A stretch of 63,524 nucleotides of DNA, counting the filler, from Pelomyxa schiedti (taxonomy: Eukaryota; Protista; Evosea), in assembly GCA_020536535.1 (NCBI GenBank). It is 5 parts of 5 records of this genome, joined end to end, with 100 filler letters (N's around TTAATTAATTAA, not from the genome) between each part and the next. Parts side by side here need not be neighbours in the genome. Positions count along the whole stretch, not along the records: positions 41,043 to 59,797 come from JAHLWZ010000730.1; 4 more parts are not named here. One strand, given 5' to 3'. The translations under genes and the position numbers were made by a program. The stretch's first letter is position 1; the number at the start of each line of letters is the position of its first letter. The notes beneath the pieces are model-generated. The model saw only the letters and a program-made list of their open reading frames with translations, was not told the origin of the DNA and did not search any database. Positions 50,001-57,311 of this stretch are shown here, one piece after another.

Positions 50001-51025
50001 TGATGCCATACGTACAGGCAAATGGCACAAGTGCTATGGGAGGAATCACTGGAGCCTCTTCCACTATTCCAAGGCAGCCAGTTGTATTGGGTGCAACATT
50101 GGGCCTTCACCCACCCGCACAAGGAACCGCAACGCAACTCGCTTTTTCGGGTCGAATGCCACTTTCAGCGCAGCCTAATTCACAACCGAACTTAGGAGCA
50201 ACGCCAGCTTTTTCACCAGCACAACCCGAAAAACGAGTCCCCGCCCCCACTCCAAACACGGCACTCGACAAGGTGTCTGCGTCTACACTAAAAGGGGCTG
50301 TCCCTCCATTGGGCGTCAACTCCACCGTTAAGCCTGAGTCAGCAACAAATACTGCAGCACTGTTCGCGATTCCAAGAAAACAGTCACCCCCTGTAACTGG
50401 GCCGAAATTAGGCACAGACAGCCCAAGTAAAGTATCTCACTATTCTGCTTCGAAGGAAGGATTCACCCAACCTCTCCCATCACCGATACCCGGAATGGGG
50501 AAACTTACCTCTCCAGATATATTGGCAACACACTCAGCAGCTGCGCAGGCTGTTTCTATCCGGACTCCTCCAAACGCAACCGGTTCCAGCACAGCACCAG
50601 CAGCAACCACCACTCCGCGGGTGCTTACCCCCGCAAAATCGACAGCTACCACAACCCCACAACCAACCACGACCCGGATCCCGCCCCCAGTCACCTATGT
50701 GGCTTCGCCTACCTCCACAAATCCGGGTCAAATTCAAAGCCCCCGCGTAACGCCGCGAGAACCTGGGCGTCCCTCTGCGCCACAAGCAGCCACCCCTCGC
50801 TCTTTACCTACAGCACCACTGCAACACCTCACAAGCACCAAGCCCACCACTGTGAGTCCCACTCTGGTAGGAACAAATTCAGCAGCGGTGGCGACAAGCA
50901 CGCCTCCGATCCTGAAAAAATTCTGCACTCTCAACTCCACCACACCCACAGCAACACCAACCTTTCTGCACATACAACAGCAGACCCCAGCACCTCCAAC
51001 GAAATCCGCTGTAAATCGACTGTAG
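41045..51025 (+). CDS. Giant intronless protein: coiled coil + ankyrin repeats + SecA-like DEAD/helicase ATPase + P/T/S-rich tail (5' possibly truncated by gap)
   Basis: ORF of at least 3307 aa, open back to the gap. Ankyrin motifs GMTPLHFA, GQTPLHCA, GNTPLHLAC. SecA motifs IAQMATGEGKS, VDVITSTHYLAVRD, IISDESDNLLID, TGRIMHGSRWSGGVHEFVEAREG, GLTGTA, AGQPGAVTVATNTAGRGTDIIL, QGLGRAGRQGEPG. Confidence 0.9.
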   Translation, partial: SINADAHTAHKKRSDTYQCMHELIKELMPQVPMFTEYFDALCTITFFAHYVSTLVECGLQPDVSFSKPEPLEPFPDAMPPIPVRKIVSFPVKVTLGDLSLASPSINETDMNLLLNDVLNGHCSSFSKMEPMVLSAASSVIRGKLLQFMPQAETLCYDDDEIKVPIVAGIVWGVARKMIQEMYSVPLNLWKQLFTEMQPPQMNDNVTKRIISAKSFDQRIIVCKKEAELLLQSHRDNEKNKIEFQCAQVEKKIQESAATALQKALDELRVKEAEAYSVVRSNFCSRLEALEKEANDASASITAKVNSCPQGYSVDTAKVSAARADINAQVVDQRNKINQALAEEENSIALQTRNLEYELRQTIEKKKKENLAELQVQALADQRNLESRAMRAQKELQDKLTQIQVDSRSMFTLLLKTNGSHVLLDGLRLSVISISNAAERWSNTVIGGCTVSCNITPQVRAEALSFSLKAQLTSTRAMQAESIVTVDDLNYWLFDVKIVNESLNGPSSSQLPSPTLHKEGVTEEDFDIGLLQVVTGGPSQKIGRKSALCHLACTGNTSLLGFIVAKNPQHKASAISAVNIPDLEIGMSPLLIATCRNDVLMAKLLLDGLLADPNWRHPNGLCPLIVAVQHNFKEMLSLLLTRPNINVNVSLDSGMTPLHFAILHENLDAISQLIKRGALVDTVRRRSDGLTPILYAAHKGQPKCLGFLLSLTALEGDMKVNPGCVTPDGSTVMHLAAGAEKLSAECVTLLLPRTTTLTRSTLNICKQSSLHVAVLSRNDEAAILIYNSAPALLTVKDENGLTPLDYATTLRSHAFISHICCTQPSLRHSLSRNLEEYNPESREAIIDALYRTSAPDVSRLLRVVGSVTVQQLDKYIDACLAVRSEEMLDIVIRSTADITTVKFPPQQKCLAHKVASAGVYKWIEKIGKLTFTFLEKDRYGQTPLHCALLADDAKVLRRILDHADKEKIPEMLRICQVAFEQRKAKCILHLLKRKERLTLNGSYLCKSLSITPQDVALASRYSSLLISVEDVREAAQMCTPGVLRAIIKAADPLLDKPNAFDTVVGAAMRHNRLDNLMVLQNIFPRKCSTTALKQTGWIQAALLGDEKGVIKARLHQIAELIQKGVDVEGMGDVSDHQVLAQCGVRKELKDLLEGFPLGIMPVFKSLPLLHAAFLFRAFWVQDCLPPTYNLALKVDGKTAFDLLAYIPSASAKMEDFVNTFSLGAILGNITSAFSSCVKESGKATELVSYLAKVAHKSSQPQLLHTLVRAEATASQVGDILHKQPRWLDMLDDEGFTPIMAAAQQQQLSVVEMLLSKGSRLDCQNYEGNNVLHLLLENYNPNPRVTMLALNIARRMPILLRIVNRDGFTPVALAAMNGYITFLAALCTEHQVDACSVLLHGSASNQVRVIDLCVLSLGVNVNSVYNQPVALTQKMKSLVRNGDMPIHCAARGGAVEAFHHLLALGADASIPNSDGKNALIIALEGGNVSLCRSLLSMPILYNTGELKDELLVAAVKGCTKSFTPLESLLKLGFPPNSIDKTGTPALHYAVATRRVPAIKLLLLYGAQILAHDHLNRTSFHVAAHLGFPDVLLSLARFAEELHILREALENSDLEGNTPLHLACKYDRAECAAVLLSCGANTLLENKSHLSSGQVAAISDSINAAAALVSFGHKECFADISSYPLEYQSNATCFLKKTELVTATSTKFGRYQREIYQYSELTTGPLEELLPSLNALSSRSSLKTGFPELDTILARGNMIEKLPLTFSKVVFLSRWKPDIIKILQTVLQLNVPQAVWASCFPSIPPGQVLEFLQTVQKLVTLTNSNSEHPLWLWFTSYFTAPSVPGSNFLFDFDLFNSFLGLVQSVQWARDMGVTRLPCYLRGFLPAEKNSLQCVVLALQQASNPSQQMALISHIPLHIPIIRQLTSRGAKYFVRSACFACGTSVVLVSSQAETLLGHLTPITLSESLVCLSLKGMQLAQTASNYFVEDLFNDNNLPLCAKKLLTDTILKRPSTEQSNCRAWLAAASMTYYTFGYDILHQLTQLHYSLEDILSLSSQLARLTSPKGVGEALESRNPKLALEALMRRDYPEKDIETLLREMGTPCANHWGTKLHLFPFDGSPIVCLAPSEIQILRSIHEAMIMTETPKSSIGLCEKARELGAIIFQHPNPKIVGQLIAILAVVYEQVYKIKPYVVQCMAVASLVLVDLLPRDDGLKGRIAQMATGEGKSLTVALLAAFYAVQGHFVDVITSTHYLAVRDYKKFSPFFASLGISCSTIAVSPYPSTKDFKGTVLYGINTDFEFTVLREGINNTTIQFSECMQTKLVVPRTPDVIISDESDNLLIDEGLNSARLAIPSTENTAWVFKPTLEYVLAERGKNRSPTVPGVRQFLTLYLGGKFTIDAATLEESSLATWIESAKTSLKKVKGKDYVVDQNKTTHQLEVQIVHLGTGRIMHGSRWSGGVHEFVEAREGLLPQDQSYTIASISHPTFFGRYRRIFGLTGTAGEPAERNEVQEIYKVDSFDVPPNRKCMRKKLPTRIFHTSEQHREAILESISTIQSQRRSILILFLSISESEEFSKLLYSKGITHSLLNEMQREDEDYIVFKAGQPGAVTVATNTAGRGTDIILSPEVKNHSGLHCVFTFFPENFRVECQGLGRAGRQGEPGTCEILVSAQEPGVQKLIVSADLSDISVELLYQLRSLDVQSQSASRMERSKLEQILFGFLEHFFKLYASVKNRLSNDHELISALAAQREKLPFEHNRDLFLHRLHEVWAKLFTEMTEMQNEAEMSNHFNENFSSLQDLMSVSCTVACCAFQKLLKSAQTGVTRVLPLDVEPRTKIATSQNTTTLSVPKSTNCTPPSSNNVTPVGLPQVIPKSSVGSNMIPSPVTSTSTNQSSKIDSNTKRSQSSVLQETSPQLPPCQPSSPKITSTKPATTHVEEGNSAVSAVPRQQPTATGTSSGRHLPTPRQLPLPTGPIPRPNPEFTPPQTQKSVMPYVQANGTSAMGGITGASSTIPRQPVVLGATLGLHPPAQGTATQLAFSGRMPLSAQPNSQPNLGATPAFSPAQPEKRVPAPTPNTALDKVSASTLKGAVPPLGVNSTVKPESATNTAALFAIPRKQSPPVTGPKLGTDSPSKVSHYSASKEGFTQPLPSPIPGMGKLTSPDILATHSAAAQAVSIRTPPNATGSSTAPAATTTPRVLTPAKSTATTTPQPTTTRIPPPVTYVASPTSTNPGQIQSPRVTPREPGRPSAPQAATPRSLPTAPLQHLTSTKPTTVSPTLVGTNSAAVATSTPPILKKFCTLNSTTPTATPTFLHIQQQTPAPPTKSAVNRL

Positions 51026-51375
51026 GTAGTTTGTAGAGAATAAACATTTATTCTATTCTTAGCACTCAATCGTTGTGGTAATTCTTGTCTTCCAAAGGAT
51101 GCAGTTGCTGTGGTGAGTGTGTAGGTGGGTGTTGGGTAAGTGGAAGTGAGAATCCCGCCGATCTTAGTGGGGTTCTACACTGAATTTCTTTTGCTACTGG
51201 GAAAGGTAGTTTGTTTGTACCTCCCACTAAGATGAGGAGAAACAGCCCTCCTCTTGATTGTTTGAGCGCTTTAAGTTCGAATGAACAGGGGCAGGAGCAT
51301 TTCCTTCCCCAACATGTATCATTCAGGTTTTGTACAACATTTTTTTTGGAGAACATATCGACGCTTGGATTGGTC

Positions 51376-54300
51376 TCAGGGTAAATCGTTGGCTTTCAGG
51401 AGCCTGTCTGGGGAGGATGATACGGAATGGGGACGGTGGTGATGGTGATGGTGCTTGCTGCGGTGGCTACCAGACTGGTGCGGCGGCGGCGTGGTGACAG
51501 GTGCGGGAGTTGAGTTGGCGGCTGCAGAGAGCGTTGTGGGCCTGCCGTTGGAGATTGCATCCAGTTCTACTTGAACGCCGGAGAATGCTGTTGTTTTGTG
51601 AGCGTTTTAGGGATGGATGCAAGTCGAAGTTAACTTACTTGGTCTTTTTTGAGGCTCTTGTGACCAGCAGACTTTGATCAAGTTGGCGATTCTTTCAGGT
51701 ACCGACGGTGGTATCGTCAACCTTTTCCCTGAGATAACGAACTGCGGTATCACTGGTAAAAAGTGAGCAAAGCAGAGGGCAAAAAAGTTGTTGTACTCCA
51801 GTCTTGTGTAAACTCGGCTCCTGAGTAGGACTGAATGCCGGAAAACACTTCATACAGTAAAACAGCAAAAGAAAAAACATCAGTTGACATGGAGTACTGG
51901 CCTCCTTGATATACCTCAGGAGACATGAACGTGGGGGCTGGACTTTGAGTAAGTAGTTAAAAAGCTCAATTGGAGATCAACACACTTCCAATCCCTCTCG
52001 TCATCCTCTTTGTGTCATCTGTGCATTCACGTGTCGTTCCAAAGTCAGTTAATTTGCATACCACATTTTGGTTTGCATCAAGAGATACAACTAAAATATT
52101 ATCTGGTTTAAGGTCCCTATGCATAATACCACTACAATGGTTTAAGAGAAGATAATGTTGGGAACAGGGGAAACTACCTCTTGTGTAAAAAGGTCATTCC
52201 TGTTGCAGAGTTCAACATGGCTTTAAATTTATATTCCTCACTCAGAGGAGTTGCAGATTCCCCAAATACATATTTGCTCAAACTTCCGAGTGGAAGAAAT
52301 TCGGTGACTATGCACAATGGGTTGAGGCAGAATCCCACAAAAGACACTATGTATGGGCTCCGTAACTCTTCCAACACACCACATTCCCTCTCAAAGTCCC
52401 GTTTCTCTACTGGGAGAGGGTCTTGGTTATGCAATACTTTCACTGCCACTTCTTGCCCTCGCCATTCGGCCTTGAATACAGAACCATAGCCACCCTTGCC
52501 TACTTGAGTTTGCCGGTTGATTTCATCAAAGTCAAGTCTGACAGAGAGTTTTGTTTCTGCAGAAATTGGAAGGGAAAACTGACTGGTTTTCCCTGTCAAT
52601 TCAGCAGAAATTCGCGCTTCACTGGAAATGATGGTTGTGCACAATGCTGTTAAAGTGGCTTGCACATCTACACTGAAGTGCGGTTTGATCACGCCGTTTG
52701 CAGGATAAAAGCTCAGAGTGTATTTATGGGTATTGATGTCATCAATTGAGTACCTTGCTTTATCTTTTGTAGAATTTGTGATTTGAAATGACTCCTTCAC
52801 TGCTACACCAACAGGCAGCCGCCCACTACCCGAGAAAGTGAGTTTCAGAACAGAGAGTGAGAGTGGAAACTCTTCTCGAGGTGGAGGTGTAGTTGAAGTT
52901 GAAGTCGATTCTCTTGGTGTCCCACCCGAATCTCGTGTGACACTGGAATCTCTTGGAGTCACACTGGCATCTCTTGGAGTAACACTAATTGCTATTTAGG
53001 TTTTCTTCAAGGGAGGTGGAGTGAACCTTCCTGCAGACTTGCCAGCACTGACAGATAGAAGAGAGGAACCAACTAAATTAATGGAAAGGGCTGGTTTCAC
53101 AGGCTGGTCAGAAGACAACCTGGCGTTGAATTTGCTATTTTGGAAGAAATTTGGTTGAGGCAATTCACAACCAGAAATAAAGACGGGAATCTTGTCTCCT
53201 CTTTCTGTTTGTAATTTAGTGGCTCTTTGCAAACAAATGAGGAAGTTAAGTACTTGAATTGACAAGGAATCTAGAACACAAGCCATCATCAATGTGCTTA
53301 ACACAAATTGCGATTGTGTGTGGTCTTGGAGGATCGAGATGTATTGGGGTGTAGCACCGTGGTATAATGGGTGGGATCATGGACAGTAGCACTTCAAGGG
53401 AGACAATACTTTTGAATTGCCTGAGTATTGAAAAGTAGGTTTGATCTTTGGCCCACTGGACAAAACCCTCCTGGTCCAATGTAATTTCCACCAAAGGACT
53501 TGGAGTGACGTTAGATTTGTCTGTTTCTGATGGCACAAACTGTTTTTCTTCACCAGATGCTGCCAGTAGACGCTCAAGGAAATCTTTTGAAGGTCGACCG
53601 TACAGGTCCACAAACTGTTCAAAAAGCTGAAGAACGGTCAGGTGTGATGGGATGTTTTCCAGAGGTTTTCCTAAATTTTTTTAGAGAAAGGTACAGATAA
53701 AGGGATTACCTGAAAGAGAGAGTACTGTGACTGATACATTTACCATTCCTGGGAAAAATGTATTAAGAAACTGTTCCACCTCCGCTCGTGGGTTGGATGG
53801 CAGAATATGCAAATAATCTCCAGGTGAGGGACTAAATAGCAAGTAACTATTAAGAAGTCGGGTGTAATAGTTACTCGATGAAATTCTTCTCTGTGGCGAA
53901 TTCAACATAAAAATAATGTTCAGTTGCACTCGAGAGAGCTTTGTATTCAGCAACTTTGGTGACTGTAACCATATGGTAGCCACTTGGGCAAACCGCCGTT
54001 GATGCTTTGTGTCTTGCTATTGTGTATGTTTAATTTCCTTGTAAACTTTAAATTCAAAAGTAAAAACCAGGAGCAACTGAAGGGATCATTAAAATTCGAG
54101 GCGAAGGCAGGTCTGTTGAAACAAGGCTGGAAGTAATGGCTTTCATCCACCGATTAAAGGGCTTGACACCCCTTATTTTGTTTTTACCTCATTTTACATC
54201 CCTATTTTGGGATACCTGTCCGTCCTTTCAACATCAATTTTCACAAGATCCATAAAAGGGGAGGCCCCAAGTCGCCTCAGCATAGTATATAATTCAATGG

Positions 54301-56996
54301 CGAAACCACAGAACTTAAGGTAATTACTAAACAGAAAAGAATGCTCCAAGTACAAACATGTTGGTATTTTGTGGAACCAAATCCAAGTACAGCAAATCGG
54401 GTCCCTGCCAGCTTTTTATGGTGCTGGTTCAATGGTACCCCACACAAAAACTCATAGAACTTTTGAGCATTACAGGGCATAAGTTTGTTTTCAGTAGCCC
54501 AAGTTGATGTAAGGAAAATGAGAGTGAGACAATTTGAGAGCAGTTTGAGAGGAAACCTGTGATGAGGGTTAGAAAAAACAAACAATACAACTTCCCAACC
54601 TATCCATAGAATATATAAGGATCTGCTCGTTTAGATTGGATTCGAAGAATGAATGCAATTGTCTAGCATAAGAAGCTGTTACTCCTCCCTGTGATCCATA
54701 CAATATGCAAATGCTTGCAGAGGTCTCGGATGTGGAAGAAGTGCTATCATCAAGATTTTTTGTTGATCTAGGGGAGAGAAACATAGGGTGTTCATATTCT
54801 AGGATAGCATGTGCCTTATCTGACATCACACCAGATAAGTGTTTTTGCTGAAATTTTTGTTGAATGTGAAATGGTGACAGTTCAGTGGCTCTTTTATCGA
54901 GTGCATAAATAGCAGCCCGTCGCTTCTCGATGATGTGTTCGTCTAAAGATTTTGGCTGCCCTCCCCCGCCAATGCAGCCACTTGGGCAGCACATGCACTC
55001 CACAAAATGTTTTTGGTGTACCCCTTTGGCAGTTGAGTCAGGATCCTCCAATCCCTCAGTGGAGAGAAATTCTTGGATTTTCTTTGAACTGCTCACTATT
55101 GCAATATCCAACATGGACCTAAGCCTATGCCCTGGAGTAGCATCAACCTTCGTTTCCAGCCAGGACTCTGTATTCCCAATATTGCGGCATTCCTCGAAAG
55201 TTGCCGATAAGCTTGGAGTAAGTTTCTCCTTTGAGAGATAGGTGTAAGCCACACGAAGAGCTGCTTCCTTTTGAGGGTGGAGACAGTATTAAAATTAAGA
55301 AAAAAGGTCCTAAACACACAGTAACACCGCCACTGGTGGCAAATAAGCTCCCTCCTCCACTTGATAAATTAAATGGTTCGTCAAAGGCACAGTTTCCGGC
55401 GCCATGCAGTGAGGCCCATGCAGGGGTCCCTAACCGCTTTTTCAGTAGAGTTCCCATTTCTCTCACAGTAAGAACAACATCTACATCAGAGTTCCCACTT
55501 TTAAGTAAGTTAGGACAGGAAGAACTGGTGAAGTATACTCACTCGGGGTCCTTGAGCTCTGGTCTGGTAATTTCCTCCTTTTTAGCAATGCAGGGCATCA
55601 GAGCTACAACAAAATACTTTTGCCTTGGGATATTTTGTTCTTTCATGAACATTCTTATCATGGAGCCAAGCATCATCATTGGTGACCTTCCTTTCGACAA
55701 CAGTGGTCGGAGATGGGGATATTTCTGTAAAAAACGAGTGTTAAAGAAATGCCATGTATGAGGATAAAACATTTTCAACTAGCTTGACCCAGCCAGGACA
55801 GCATGAAGTGAAGAGAGGGAATGGGCCACCTGAATTCACCCGTTCTACTAACTCCATAGCTTCATGAGTTGCACATGTATCAGCAGCAAATTGTGTATCA
55901 AAAACAAGGTCGAATCCAATTGTGTGAGCTGCTTCCACAAGTTTTGCTGTGCAATCCTGTCCAGGTTCTTCCCCCAGCATCTCTCCAATAGAGACTCTAC
56001 TTGAAGGAGCTGTCTGAAGTACTAGGATTTTTTTTTCCTTTCCCACTTTTGTTGCTGAAATAGCTAGGTCAAGTTCTTTCTCAACAATTGCACAGTCATT
56101 CCTTTCCGCTACAGCACCAGTTGGACACACTAGAGTGCACTGCCCACATGTTATGCAACTGGTAGCATGCAATGGAAGATCATTTTCAAAGACAATCGGA
56201 CTGAGTGGAGTATTGAACACAATTCTCAAAACATTCATGTTCTGTATCTCCGAGCAAATTCGAACACATCTAGTGCACAGACAACACAAACTTTGGTCTC
56301 GAATGACTGCATATTCCTGTTGTTCATCATTGACAGCACTTGATTTCTAAATAATCTAAGCCCAATTCGAGAATAAAAGATGAAAAGAGTAACCCTTGTA
56401 AATGCAATTAAGTCTTCAATTTCTGGGGCAGGTAGCATTCCTTCCAATCTTCTGGTGCCCAAGAATTCAGCCAGATTGGTTGAAGATTGGTACAAGACTG
56501 CTGCCGAGTTGGTGGTGATTGACATACCTTCCTCCACTTGTGTTTTACAAGCCATGACAAACTGAGGCTTCAAATGATGGAGTTGAGCAAGCATCTGGTT
56601 CGGTTTTTTACCAAAAATGGGTGGCGTTCCGGGGGGAGAAGGGCTTGGTGCAGAAAAGCTCGGGGATGTAGGAGGCCCTCGTTCCACCTGCACTACACAT
56701 ACTCCACACTTACCAAAAGGAGGCACACTAGGGTGGTGACAAAGTGTTGGTATATGTATGCCGTTTTCTCTGCACGCTCGTAAAATAGTCCAGCCATATT
56801 GAGCACGTATTGGACGTGAATTGACGCGAATATTAACAAAAGGGGGAACAATTGCCTGAAAAAAACAAGAAAAAAAAAGGTGAACAAGAAGAAAGCAAAG
56901 ATGCACATGTGCAAGTACTTTTTGAGGGGGCAAGTATTCCGGTGGCGGAAGTGCCTCAGAAGAAACCAACAACCCATGCCGTCGGGACAGGAACAT
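51376..56996 (-). CDS. hydA: [FeFe]-hydrogenase ([2Fe-2S] + 2x[4Fe-4S] + H-cluster) - flavodoxin - FAD-binding - Ig-like - protein kinase fusion; ~17 introns; start uncertain (56996 or 57151)
   Basis: Fe-S: IPTLCHH..GKCGVCVV..MACKT, CCLCTRCVRIC, CITCGQCTLVCPTGA. H-cluster: TSCCPGW, MPCIAKKEE, ECMCCPSGCIGGGGQP. Flavodoxin: ILYGSQGG, FAVLGFGSTKYQHFCG. FAD-binding: PGDYLHILPSN, PRCYT, GLCSRFL. Kinase: GKGGYG, VAVK, HRDLKPDN, DFG, GTPTFMSPE, DVFSFA, CWSQEPQKRP. All exons join in frame through short GT-AG introns; TGA at 51376-51378. Confidence 0.85.
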
Positions 56997-57311
56997 TTAA
57001 ATGATCTATGCTCTGCTGTGTATCACCGGGTCTATGTACCCACAACTGCACCGGAGATCCCTGGTGTCACACCGAGAATAAAAGAAAAGATACAACGGTA
57101 TTATTCGCATCTTCGCGAAACATCAGCAGAAATCTGACTGCCAGAAGACATGATATTTTTTGTTCAAAGAAACTATTTTCTTTTGCTTTTTTCTCACCAA
57201 CAAGAAAATTGTGGATGTTTATTGTTTGGGTGAAAAAATAAGCCTGTGGTGCGTTGGTTATGTACTATTGGTATCCGAAATGTTGGGGCAAAGCAAGCAA
57301 ACTATTGCAGT

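Noticed and set aside
41102-51025. Canonical bacterial secA from a contaminant or endosymbiont
   Set aside because: Contiguous with spliceosomal-intron genes, fused to ankyrins and a low-complexity tail, and lacking a recognisable SecA C-terminal scaffold.
52174-52962. Kinase as an independent gene
   Set aside because: No ATG ahead of the catalytic core, no room for a promoter, and in frame with the upstream exon across a plausible short intron.
54569-56289. Nar1/NARF (cytosolic Fe-S assembly) rather than a true hydrogenase
   Set aside because: Has intact TSCCPGW and GCIGGGGQP motifs plus [2Fe-2S] and 2x[4Fe-4S] accessory domains typical of catalytic group A enzymes.
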